The translations under genes and the position numbers were made by a program. DNA of 64,000 nt from contig NW_003314278.1 of the NCBI RefSeq assembly GCF_000143415.4, positions 1,934,362-1,998,361 on the forward strand. Direction: 5' to 3'. The first letter of the stretch is position 1. Each line of letters begins with the position of its first letter. Source of the DNA: Selaginella moellendorffii. Taxonomy: Eukaryota; Plantae; Lycopodiophyta. Under the pieces are notes generated by a model. That model ran no database searches and had not been told where the DNA came from. It worked only from the letters and a program-made list of their open reading frames with translations. This document shows, piece after piece, positions 35,729-48,996 of this stretch.

Positions 35729-36891
35729 TCACAGGAACCTCTTGAGATAGGAGCTTGCGCTCATGTAATCGATGTGAGGGTAAAGGTGGGACGCGCTCAC
35801 GTCGTCACTGATGTCGAAGTTGGAGCACTCGCCCTTGTAGAAGACGTGATAGAAGATGGAGAGCGCCTCGTTTTTCGGTGACGGTGGTCCTGGAAAGAGC
35901 GCTCGCGATTAAACAAAAGAGAGAACGACAACAACACGTCAAACCCACCTTGAAGATCTCTGAGAAAGTCCTCCTCGGGAATGTGACACTTTACCAGCGT
36001 CACACCGCTCATCTCCTCCCACATTTCGACGACTTCCTTCTGCGACAGGACGTTGGCTGGAGGGCGAATGTAGATCGTCTTGTTTACCGCCCTGGGATCG
36101 TCCACAGTGCTCAACGCGTATCGCCCAACATCCGCTTCCACGACCCAGACCACTGCCGAAAGAAAAAGAAAAGAGAGAGCTCAGTCTAAAAGCACTGCAA
36201 GCCATGAATGCATTTGGCAGACCTTTGGCTGTCCCGTCTCCATAGATGAAAACTTTCTCCTTGGGAGGCATGAACTGAGCGAACTGCGCGAGTGAAGACA
36301 AGAAGTAACCAGCGAAACAGTTTGCCGACACGAAAGTATGGGGGATCCCGGCTGCCTCCACTGCACGCCTCACCTCTCGCTTCGACTCAAAGACGTGGTT
36401 TCCCGGCTTGAGAGCGTGATGCATCCGGTCGGGATCCATTCCAAACTCCGAAGGTAAAAATCTCTGCGGCACGCACCAAACTTCAGATGGATACCAATAA
36501 ATTGGCACGGACCTTTATGTTCCCCGCCTGCTTGATGGCCTCCACCAGCTTGAGTTGAGAGAGCAGCCGATTCTCTGCCATCGCCGAGACCACCACGTCT
36601 ACTTGCTTCAGAGCGGCCAACAAACTCTCGTTGTCATCAAGAGATCCCTGCTAGCCAGAGAGAAACGAACAGTCAGAAAAGAAAAATTGCAAGCCAATTG
36701 TTTACCTCCAAGAGCTTGGCCCCTTGTGCCTTGAATCCTAATACTATTTCCACCCGCCTTATGTCGTGAACAACGTCCGGCCGCACGAGGAGGTACGTTG
36801 GATGATTTAAATCCAGCGAAGCTTGAGCCATGAGCCTGCCGATATATCCTGTACATCCAACAACTAGAACTCGACTCTTAATTGGCTCCAT
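35729..36891 (-). CDS. Pinoresinol-lariciresinol reductase-like (PIP/NmrA family), multi-exon
   Basis: VLVVGCTGYIG, RFLPSEFGMDPDRM, SANCFAGYF, DDPRAVNKTIYIRPPAN; short introns. Confidence 0.88.
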
Positions 36892-37149
36892 ACCGACGCT
36901 TCTCAGCTAAAATCTATCTATCTATATGGTCTTTTGATCACAGGAAATGGACGAGCTATAAAAAAAAGGGCGCAAAGAGTCAGGCCAACCCAGCACGACC
37001 AAAAAGGCTTACAATGCAAAGAAAAAAAAAAGTAGAAACATGACTATTATGCACGCAAGTTTCTAGTAGAATCTTCTCTTTGTTCAAAGTTTCTACTTAG
37101 TCCTTCGAAGCTTCTACTTTAGTTCTTCGAAGAACTTCTTTGATTTTCT

Positions 37150-38060
37150 CGTTGCTCAGAGCTTTCTTGGAACTTCTTTGATCTTCTATGGCGGATTGTC
37201 ATTTCGAGCGAGTAGCAATGGTGGATTTGGAGCGGAGAATTGGAAGAGTTTGCTCGACGATCGAAACATATCGGCCAGCAGCACATTATACATACGGAGT
37301 GGCTTTCCTCCTGAGCACCCGTTTCGTCACTCGAGCTCCCCCATCTCGGTGTGTCCCCGGAAAGCTCCCAGCAACTCCAGCTGTCGGGCATCGCTCGGCA
37401 TGGCCGAGACGAGCACCTCGGCCTTACCTAGCCCGTCCGAGAAGATCCACCACGCAGCAAAAGTGCTGCTTGAGAGGAACCAACTTCCAGTCTCTCGTCA
37501 TAGCAAGGCCGGATCGAAGCTTTCCTGCGCCAGGAGAATCCAAACCAAGCCTTCTTCTCCTGGAGTTTGAGTGAGAGCCATGGTGTGGAAGAGCTCCAGC
37601 GTCGAGTCCGTCCGGCCATTGTAAGCATACGTCTCAAGCATCGTGTTCTAGGCCACAGCCACTGCAGTCACTGTGTCAAGGCCATAGTCCAGGCCATCAT
37701 ATCCCTCTGCGGCATCTCCTCAAAGACCGACTGGCCCAGATAGTCAGTCTGGGTATAAGCGGCCAGTAGCGACGTCCACGATACTAGATTGGAGCCGGGT
37801 ATGGGCGGAAAGACCCGCTTGGCCTCCTCGACATGCCCGCTCCGGGCATACGTCGCCGAGAGCAACGCAACCATGTCCCTGCTTGGCATGCCCTCGAAGA
37901 AAAGCCTGGCTTCCTCCACACACCCGCCCGGGCCTACGTTGATGTTCATGATGTTCCACGAGCAAGGTGATACTGTCAAACACGATTTGTGCCTGCTGGA
38001 CGTTTCCCTGCTTGCTGTAGTGCTGGAGCAATTGGAATGCCATTCTTAAGAACCTGAGAG
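37150..38060 (-). pseudogene. PPR pseudogene
   Basis: PPR motifs (YARSGHVEEAKRVF, VSWTSLLAAY) broken across frames. Confidence 0.7.
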
Positions 38061-38333
38061 CGCGAAGTATGTCGAGCTGGGAAGAGCAAGTTTCCATCCA
38101 GAGCTCGGACCATCTGAAACAAAGAGTGAATCCAGTAAATCCAGAAACCAAAACCACCTCGTTTTCTTTGCTTCTGCTGCTACATTGTAGACAACATGGA
38201 AGATACAGGATCAGTTAGGAAAACCAAACTTCCCCGGGGATAAAAGAGCCGCGCCATCGTCGTACGTACACTTACAAAATGATAACCGAGAGCCTACCAA
38301 TGAACAAGACAGCGATGGTAAGCACTAAATAAT

Positions 38334-39766
38334 TTACTCTGTTGCAGGGGCAGCTCGGGCCGTGAGCAAAGGTTGGAGCGCTTTCACCACGATGCCCATG
38401 TTTGGCCTAAAGTCCGCCTCGTATTGCACGCACAGAGCGGCAACAGCGGCCATCTATGCAAGAAGAACGCAGTTGGAAGAACAGAAAAAAGAAAAGAAAA
38501 GAACTTACCTTGGCAGCTGCTTTTACAGGATACTCTCCTTTCAGCTTTGGATCCACACATTGGTCGACTTTGTCTTCGCTAAGTCTGGGTGTGGCCTGTG
38601 ATCGGATCAAACAACACGTTGAAGTACCAGATACCGCCACTGAGCTTGACAGCCTACTTACCCACGTTAAAAGGCTCTGCTGTTCACGAGGCTTTGAGTG
38701 ATCCACTGGCTTTCTCCCAGTGAGGAGCTCCAACAAAACCACACCAAAGCTATAGACATCGCTCTTTTGTGTGAGCTGACCTGTCATAGCATATCTAAGC
38801 CCAAAAGCGTTAGACTGAGACTTGGAAGTTATAACGGCTTACTCTGGAGCGTGGTAGCCGAAAGCTCCAAGTACACGAGTCGAGTGAAGCCTTGCGGCCG
38901 TGTCCGGTGCTTTATTGGAGAGATTGAAGTCGGCTATCTTTGCTGTGCAGTCGTCGAACAGGAGAACGTTACTGGACTTGATGTTACGGTGAATTAGTAG
39001 TGGAGAGACTTTTTCATGCAAATATTTGAGCCCCTTCGCAGCCCCTACTACGATCTTCACACGCTGGGTCCAATCCAACACCGGACCAGGCAAAGCACCT
39101 TTAACACCTTTTCTCCCTGGTGGGACATGACTCGTAAGATTCGAACATCTTGAAAAGGCTCAAAACGTACCATGGAGTATGTCATGCAAAGAGCCCATCG
39201 TTGCAAACTCATACGCCAAAACACGGAGTGGTCCGTCAACACAGTATCCAATGAGCTCAACAACGTTCTCATTCTTTAATCTCGATACCATGGAAATCTG
39301 AAGCACCACACGAATGAATAAAAAAGTAGAACGCTTGAAAAGCATACCTCAGCAAGAAACTCCTGATCAGGCTGTGAATTCTGGTCGAGCTTCTTTATCG
39401 CAGCTTGACCACTTCGCAACTCCGCAAGGTAAACTCGGCCATAGGATTCCTCACCGATGAGTGACTTGGGACCAAAATTCTCCGTGGCTTCTTTTAGCTC
39501 GTCAATGCCAAGCATTGGAACAGCAATCGGTTGGACTCTGGCAGCTTGTCCAGCTCTATTTGCTCCTTCATTTGCTTTAGCAGCACCAGGATTGCCTGAA
39601 AACCAAGCAAAGAACAATTGTTTTTCACACAGGAAAGGATGAAGAACTTACCATTTGTCACAGTAGTAAACGGAGTATAACGCTCCCGACTGGCTGTGTG
39701 CCGTCTCCCAAGACAATCGGCTCGTGCTCGCTCTGATGCGGCACAAGAAGAGAAAGCGCATCCCAT
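38334..39766 (-). CDS. PTI1: Pto-interacting protein 1-like receptor-like cytoplasmic kinase
   Basis: [68 protein letters not shown]; Gly-rich loop reads GEESYG. Confidence 0.9.
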
Positions 39767-42682
39767 TGCTTCGCTACTTTGCCCCAGATCAAAATATTTT
39801 ACCCTACACCTGGAAGAATCGTGTCGATGTTAAGACGCCAGCTTTGACCGTGGTCAACGTGCGGCGGGTTTGAAGTAAAGTAAGCTTTTTTATTTAGCAT
39901 TTGGTATTATGCATTGGAATCTTCATATTGATGATAGCAGTGGTGTTGATGAGGTGTTTGAGGTGAGGTTTGAACTATATGAACTACAAGCTCTGAATAA
40001 GAATTAACAAGATGTAAGAGGCATGGTACAATTACTATGATATGTGGGTGTGTCAAACCACTTGAGGTTGGATATGATAATGTTTTATACAAAGCTAGAT
40101 TGACTCAAAATTTTAACTTTTTCTTGTGTGTGGAAAAGTGTTTGGTATGGTTAGCCAATTTAGAAAATGCCAAAGAACTCTAAATGTTTTGCATGATATA
40201 AGTCTTTGATGGTAGAATTAACTTAAGAAACCTTGTGTTGTGAACAAGAAACCATTAGTGTCTATTATAAATGAGTTTAAAGCTGTTTTTCATCTATACT
40301 TTTTTACAAACTCCTTCCTCGTTTTTTTTTATGTCATCTTGAGTTCATGTTTAAGGGCTCACTCAAATTCCAAACATAATTGAATGCTTGGAACTTGAAT
40401 TCAAACCCTCCAATCCCTAAACACTCCCTAAAAATGCTAAAATGTTTGAAATACTAGAATGCATCTAAAAATTTAACAGGAGCATGACTCTCTACTGTTG
40501 TGCTCCACCACCATACCCAACTCCATTGCCACGCTATCCATAGCCACACTTGGGATCCGCTGCTCATCACACTTAACTTAATGATTTAACCAAGTGCTGT
40601 AAATGTAAATGATATGTATTTATGTATATTCATATACAAAACACTTTTACCTAACTTAAAATTAAATGTAAATCTAAATTACATAAAATATGGGTATAAA
40701 TAGAAGGTCTATTTATGTCTTTTGTTCTTAGAGTTGCTTATATCTTACACTTACTTGTTCTTGTAAGACATTTTTAGGTGGTGACCATGTTTTTTCATTT
40801 TGATCAATTCTAGCATGCAATTGCTAAATGTAATTCATAAATTTTCCATTACTAATTTGTTAGTTTACCTCTTTTATCCTAGCTATAGTTAAGTTCTCAT
40901 GCCAAGGTTTTTTTATTATTATATTATCTTTTATTTAGTTTTATTTAGCTTCAACTACTCATTGCAAAAGTAAGGAAGTGTTAGCCTTCTCTTCATAGAG
41001 TTTTAGACTCTCTCTCTCCCAATCTCTACTCCTAGAATAGACCAAATTTAATACTCTCTATAAGCATAAACAACTAAACACACTAAGCCTCTAAAACTTT
41101 AACATCCTTTAGTATAACAAAACTATAAGCAACTAAAGAGAAAAATTCAAAAGATGATTTATAAGGGTTTAAATATAAAAAATATTCCCTTTTCTTCAAT
41201 TGATTAAAGATTTTAAGTTATTTGGAGTTAAATGTCCTCAAGGTGACTTCTCAGGAAATTTAAATTTAAAAACTTACAAAAGCTTATATTTGGTATGAAA
41301 AAAGTCTCGCATTTTAGCTTTTATTCACAAGGGTGTAAAGTTGCAAGAAAGTGAATTATAATTTTTACTTTACATTTGCAAAGTGTTCACAACAACTTCC
41401 ATTCACGAGAGCGTGAATTTACAAGAAAGTGAGCTATAATTTTTACCTTCTATATGTAAATGAAGGCATGGATTTATAGCAAAGTATGGTAAATTGTAAA
41501 CACCCACCCATAACTTCTAACCCTCAGTTTTAACTAATTTAGGGTTTGGGACCCAAGGCAAGAATTTCATTTTCTTGACCACATGACATATATTCTTCTT
41601 ATTTAGACATGTTTTGGGCTTTGAGCACACAATATATATTAGTATTTATACTTACACTTGAGAGCACAAGAGAGCAAATTCATCATAGCTGAGGTTCTTC
41701 CTTGGAATAGCCAAGATCAAAATATAATTAAAGAACTCCTATTTGGGTAAGAATAATTATAGCTCTTTTTTAATTAAATATATTATTTGAATCACCTATT
41801 TATTTGTAGAAATTGGATAGATCACCAAGGCAACAGCCAACCACAATACTTTTGATTGCTCATCCACAATACACTCCTCAATTGAGATATAAGGTAGGTG
41901 AGTGATCAAACTAGTTATTTCCATACAATGTTTAGCTTTTCTTTTTGCAAACAAAGCGTCCTAAACAATGATCCTTCTATCATCGAAATCAAACAAAAGA
42001 TTCTACTGCCAATTGCATGCTTTGATAAATAGTGTGTGAATAAACCATGCTTACATATAAGCTCTAGAAAATATACCACAAAGACACTTTAATATAATAC
42101 CAGATTGATTATTGGCCACGTTCTTTAAAAAAGTTACTTTAAAACTATGAAGAATCTTCTCGCTCTTTATATTTATAATTTTACTTTTTGAATGCCATAC
42201 CATGTACCACGTGCCAACACTTGTGCTCCCCACCCACCCCACACCCCCAACCCAACACTTATGCCCCCCACCCCACGTACTCAAACAGGGGATTTGTCGC
42301 CCAGGCGCCACACATTGCATCGCCAGGCATTTGGATTGTAATGGCAAAACAATGCGGGGATTTCACACTATATTACGCAAACCATGCACGAACAGTGGAA
42401 GCTATTGTGCTGGCGAGAGACATTTCTCTAGTGCGATTACGGAGAAAGGCAAAACCCTTGTGTCGAGATCTCTCGGCCTTCTCTCCTGACGCAATGAACA
42501 ATCATCAATTCCCTGTTCTATCGTGGAGCATTATCTCGCCGAACTTACCGTCTAGAAAAGAGGGTGCCTGTTTCACGCAAGCATAATCAGTAGAGACTGC
42601 TGTTTGAGAGAAATTACGTCATTTTCTCGTTACCTTGGATAGAATACAGATTCATCAATCATCCGGCTCTAAACTACGGTTT

Positions 42683-43389
42683 TCATCTGTTGAGCTCAGC
42701 GGGTAGCGGCCGGTTGAATCCTCCTGCAAGCAAGGAGCGGCAATAGATTCACAGAAAATCGAGAAACCATAAAAAGAAAAACAATGCCCACCTCTTCTGT
42801 TCATGTACTGCCGCGGCTGGCGCTTGGAAGCCAGCTTCACCGCACTCTGGTTTGCATCAGGCACGCATTTTCCCTGCAAGGAAGAAAAAAAAAAGAAAAG
42901 TTTCAGACCTCGACCAGATAGAATGAATGAACCAACCTTGGTGGAGTCGAAGTTGAGAGGAATGCCAAAGCTCTTCATCATGTCTTCTTCGTCCGCTAGA
43001 GGCTCCAAAGCCACGGGCTGTGGTGGCTGCTCCTGCGGCTTCTCTGTGGCGCTGGGCTTCACCTGTGCCTCTTTCTTTCGTTTTCCATCGTGCTTTTCGG
43101 GTGTCACGGACTTGGACCGTGCCCTCTTCCTGTAATCCCTGTGATTCCTGTCAACGGGCTCCCTATCCCGGCGATCCCTGTCCCAGTCCCGATTATCTCT
43201 GTCGCGCTCGCGATAATCCTTGTCACGCTCGCGATCGCGATCGCGCTCGCGTTCGCGGCCTCGGTCTCGATCTCTTTCGCGCTCCCTGGCGTTTCTGTAG
43301 CTGTGACCGCCGCTCTTGTTATCCTTCTCTTTACTATGGTGATACTCACCGTCGCGGGGGTGCCGCTTCCTCTCTTCCCGCTCCCCCAT
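42683..43389 (-). CDS. SNRNP27: U4/U6.U5 snRNP 27 kDa protein-like
   Basis: RD/RE-rich N-terminus; MMKSFGIP..FDSTK|GK..KRQPRQYMNRRG|GFNRPL after removing two introns. Confidence 0.88.
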
Positions 43390-43697
43390 CTCCTCCAAGC
43401 CCTAAACCCTAACCTGGTAATGAGAGATCTGACCGTTAAATTCTAACGCACTGGATTAAGCTGTAAAACCAATGTTTATTTATAATCGCCTCTCTCGTGG
43501 TAAACAATTTCTTTTCTTTCCCACTCGAGCTGCTAAGAATGAATGTACAAATCTGCATGCCACAAGAAATGTTGGAAGCGCTGAGAAATCTCCAAGAAAA
43601 AAAAAAGAAGAATCCCTCCAAGAGTAGGAAAAAATAAAGCTCTCACCTACAAACTCGTGCTCTGCTGCAAAAACTCTTCTCGCGCTCTCTCCGGTGG

Positions 43698-46600
43698 TCA
43701 CAACAAGAGAAGATCTTTCGTGTCCTCCGAGTTGAGCCTGGATGCTAGAACGTTCGACCTTTGGAGCCGGAACTTTGGCTCCCGGTCTTGACTTCCCTGC
43801 CCGACTGAAGGACTAGAAACAGCAACTTGGTACCTCTTGCACGAGCTCGAGAGTGATCCTTTGTAGGAGAAGACCAAGTTCACAGCTTTGCCGCGGTTGT
43901 CCAGGCCAAACGCCGGGCCTCCACCTTCCATGAACTCGTCCGGCAAAACGTTCATAAACTTGAGATTGATTTCCATGCTTCCTTTCGGTGGTATCATCCC
44001 TGAAGCGGGCGTAACCTGGAAGAACAGAAAAGTTTTCATAAACACACTCGGAGAAGTGTGTTACCTGTAACCAAGGTGGGAGCCCGAATCCAGCTCTAAC
44101 CGTTACTCTAGCCGCTGCGCTTACAGTGGCTTCTGCTGGATCGCCTTCGCAGCGCAGCTCAAAAACTACGCACTGCCTGCTGCTCTCGTTGATTGCTTTG
44201 AGAATAGAAGGCACGCCGTCCTCGAGGATGATCTTGTTAGTGCTGACAACCGTCTCCGGTATAGAGTTGAGCTGATCCATCCACTTCTGGACGTGAGGAT
44301 TGTTCAACATTAGCTCGCAAAATGCTCTCCTCCTTGCTGCTTCGTTGATCACAGCAATATCAACGTTAAGTAGACACCTCACAGGTTTGTGGTCACTGTC
44401 TAGTGCATCCATACACGCGTCGTAGCTGCGGCCACATTCAACAATGAGTATAAAAACCATATGGAAAGATGAGACGGAGAGACACTAGCTTACGATATTA
44501 CTGATGCTGACACTGGGTGCGAAAGATTAAATTTCTTCTTGGCTTCTGTCCCATCGTAGCTATCTCTAAAAATTACACGATCACACCAAGCTGGTATCCG
44601 TTTCTTCTCACTTGAATCATAGCCTGGAGCGGAACAAAGACATCAACCTAAAGTCACCAATAGAACGAGGCTTACCGAGAGGGTTACTGTATCCCTTGTC
44701 AAACTTGTAAGTTGGCTGGAATCGTAGGGGGCCCTCTCGCATTCCCTGGAAAACTCTTCCACCGGTCATCTCTATACGTAGTTGATCCTTTGGAAGTAAA
44801 ACTTCCCATTGTCTGGACGATATCAAGTCTATTGCGTCTTCATACGCAAGATCATCTATCCTGTAGTTGAAGTCTCCAACCCAAACAATCATGTCCGCAT
44901 CCGCTAGATCGGGCATCATTGCTTCTATGACCGTTTCCGACTCCTGGAAGCCACACAGCTTTCAGTTTCCATCTTTAGACCAAAAACAAATCACGAATTC
45001 TTACCACTACCTCCTTTCCCACTTCCTGTGCGTCAGGAGACGCAGTTTTACGCACGGTTGCCCCACGGAATGCTGTAGAGAGCGCATTTGGATTGACACA
45101 ATTGCTCCACAATGTTAGCTAGATCCCAAGATGAGGACCTATTGGATTCAGTCAAACAGAACTCCAATAAGGTTTAGGTAAGACATGCAAGCAGCTCGGT
45201 AAAATTATAACGACTTAAGCAAGTACCTGATCCACCGGAAGAACGACCAAATTTCATCTGATGGTAAATGTGCTCAAAATCCGCGTTTCGTCGACCAACG
45301 GCATCCATGTGTGCAGCCAAGTGACTGCTTAAAAAACAAAAAGTTCTTCTGTAAAGGAGGATTTTAACTCCTACTCCTCCCTAAACAAGACAAGCGTTTG
45401 AGAAAAATGCCACAAAAGTTGAAACACTCACTTTGTTACCAAGAGCACGGCCAAACCCACAGGGAACAGCTGCAGCATCGATCTCTCCAACAAAAGGAAT
45501 AAGTTCGTTTCGGACCCTGCCCAAGAAAAATGAAAAGAAAAAAGTTCAGAACAGAACACAAGATAGCACTTGGCGGACTTAGTCATTTACCAGACACCAA
45601 TAAGAATCCCAGCAAGTTGACGCGAACCAACACGAACAAAGTCCTGGTTCTCACCCAGAGCTGCACCGAGATTATCCAGCCACCATTGTCCATTCGCACT
45701 GCTCTTCTCTTGCAATCCTACCTGTAAAGAAACCATGTCGACGCAAATAAACAAGTTTTCCCATACCGTTTCTTTTGCTGCTGCCATGGCAATAGCTCCG
45801 GCACTCATCTCGGTCTCCTGCAGTCCTACAAACACAACGCCAGCGTGTGTCGCAGATGCTAGCCACATCTGCATGGATTTCAAGCTCGCCTTCTCCTCTG
45901 CTACATTCCAAGTTCCTGCTAGAATTTTAAAAGTTCTTTCTTGCGTGTATGTTTCTGCCTTGGACTGCATCTCGATCTGAAGTATCCCATCAATTGGACA
46001 AGGCGATCCGATATTCCAACCGCGAATGCCACCGTGAAGAGCCATTGTGAACACGAAACTCCCACACTTTTCCATATGGACGATAGCGGCACTGTGAGCT
46101 ATCCACACCCCGAGGACCTTGCCTGTATCTGCAAGCACTTGAATTCGACCGTCCGCATAGCCCACCCAGATTCTAGTGCCCACCGCACACAAGCTGCGAA
46201 CCGGAACCGGTATGAAGATGGTTGCCTGTAACCTATTGCCCAGTCCATCCCATTGAATGATCATTCCACTTGGATATCCTCCCCATACTGTTCCATCAAC
46301 TGCGGCCACCAATGCGTCCACCTTCTTACTATCGTCGCCACCTTGACCACCGCTGGCAGCCCGTCGAACAGCATCAGCAGCTCCAATAACGCGCTGGAAA
46401 AAGCTTAACGTACCAGCTTTTTCTTTCTTTGATGCTTTCGACATCGAGGACCTGACATCATCGTCCCACATACTGTCCCGAACAGGAGAAATATCTGGGC
46501 TGGAGAATTCGGACTGAACACTCGGCCCAAAAACTTTTAACACGTCCCTTGTTCTCGCATCCCTGCCAGAGAATCTACTCATTAGTCAAAAACCAATAAA

Positions 46601-48080
46601 AAGTTTCCACAACTTTTTACCATATCGCAAGAGCGAGCGGTCCGCCGCTCCAAACTCTCCCATTCGCGTGCTCCGACAGCAGAAAGTAAACATCCGTATT
46701 GGCAAGGCTGGTCGCACCAGCAGCAGTTCCGCGGGCTCTGAGGTCCACATAGGAGCGTGCCATCAGTGACGCCGCAGACATAGTTTCTTCTTCTGCCCGG
46801 CAAAGAGCATGAGACGTTGTCTCCCATGGCCAAGCTCTGATAGCACCACCGTCAGAGCCAGTCCATAACTCCCCTGACAAGCAAACACAAACTTAGCTCA
46901 AGCACAGCTCATGCACACAAAAATAAGCTCCCTTACCATACGTGGTGATGACCATGGACAACACCGGAGAGCGGTGAGCAATCCAGCACAAGCTCGGCTC
47001 CGTTCTTCGCCTGGACCTCACAAGTTCCTCGGTGCTCCAAGCTCTGACTTTGCCATCCCTGTGTCCACTCCACACAAGCTTGTTGGCAGCGTCAGCGACG
47101 AGGCATAGAGTCATGCCTTCCACACCCATATACGTGAAAGCCGCGGCATCGATATCGTCGGGAGGATTTCCATCGCCACCACTTCCGTGAGACATGGCAT
47201 TCGCGACGTCCCAGACTTTGAGAGCGCCATCGCAAGCCAGCCACACGGAAGAGCCCGTGCAAGTGAGAGCTCTGGCTGGCTGGTTGGTTCTCATGGGCGA
47301 TGGTCTTAGATCGAAGGGGACGGGCCTGTCCGGATCCACGGGGCCCCGCAGAGGAGGCTTGTAAACACCTTTGCCACCACCGGCGATGAATTCGCTCGAG
47401 CGCTTCATGACTGTGGCTGGCGGCAATGCCTGTGGACTTAGCTTGTTGAGACTCCCGCGCAAGGGGATCACTCCCTCGGAAGCTGATGGCCCATGCAAAG
47501 CTCCGGCGTGGGCCTTTGGTGGCGACGACGATGGAACGGCGGGCTTGAGCTCTGGAGTGCTTTGGGAATGTCGGAAGTTCTTGGTGGAAGGAGCTTTACT
47601 ACTGCTGCTGTTGGCAACGGTCTTGTTTGCTGGCGACGATGAGACGGAAGGAGGCGAGTAGCGATCGTTGGTGTTCCTGGCGACGAACGGGCCATCCGAG
47701 GGGCTGTCGAATGGATTGGATGAATTGGAGGAGCTGGATGAGGCTGGGAAGGGAGGAGGGACTCCCGGAATCGTTGTTGGAGGCGTCACTGGAAAATCGC
47801 CAGTAAGAAGGTCCGGCTGGGGAGAAGGCGTTTGCTGCTGCTGCGTGAACTTGCGATGCTGCTGGGATGGTTTGTAGGGCGTGGAGAAGGAATCCGATGA
47901 GCGGAAGTCCGTGCCGCCATTGCTTGCTGCCGCTCCTCCTCCCGCCCACCCGAAAGGATCCGACATCGACGAACTGGTCGCTGGATCATTGTCATCGCCG
48001 AAATCAATCAATGAGGGTAGAGCGCGCTGCCGCTGCTGCTGTTGCTGCTGCTGCTGCTCGCGCCGGCTGGGCGACGCCAT
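43698..48080 (-). CDS. Type II inositol polyphosphate 5-phosphatase with WD40 region (FRA3-like), multi-exon
   Basis: [69 protein letters not shown]. Confidence 0.92.
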
Positions 48081-48996
48081 AGGCACTGCCGCTCATGAAG
48101 AAAAATGCAAGCGCTGGCACTGACCTAGACGATCCCCCGGCGATCGATCCTGGAAACCCTGATCCAACCTAAATCCACACCGATCGATATGCTCCAGATC
48201 CTCTCCCAGCGTTAGCTACTTTCTCTGCGATTCTTGCGCTCCGCGCGAGCGATTGGAGCGTTGGAATCTGGGCCTCCGTCGTCTCTCCCACGAAGAACAG
48301 CCACGATCCAGGGGTCGTGCCGGAATCCCTCCCCCCTCTCGTGTGAACGTGTGTTTTAAGCCCAAGAGGATATCCCCTGGCACAAATCCCGCCCATATCG
48401 TGGCCGTCCATCGCCGCCCTCCGCCGGTTGCCACGTGTCCGCCCGCCTCTAGATCTAGAGCTGCCTGTTTTTCTTCCAGCTCCAGCGACTATATATGTTG
48501 ATCGAGTCTCTTATAATTTGAAACACGATTTCGGCGCGAGAATAGTCCCGCGGAGCTCGCTGACAAAAGAATCCACCACGCAACGCGATTGAACCTCCCT
48601 CTGAAAGGAAAGTTTACACGCAATGTCCGGATCGTACCGCCGACCAAGTGATCGACCGATTGATCGCGAATTTCTTTTGATCGTTGTCACGGAGCTGTTC
48701 TCTCTTGTCCAAGAAAAAAAGAGCCCTAGCTATGAAATCTTGGCCTTTGTGTGTGGTGATCCAGATCTCACGGGGTTCCAAACACTTGTCGCGCGGCCAC
48801 TCCAGCCACATTTTCTTTGACAATGGGAAGATTGGAATCCCACATATCTATCGAGATACCTATGATTGCGGGGGACGAATGATGTGTTGGCCCCGCCCAA
48901 TCCATCACTGTCGTTAGTTCGTCCCTACCAATGGACGAGAACAGGGTTTAGGGTTTATCCCAAGCCCTATCCGGGAGCCCTTCTCCTTCTAGGGCC

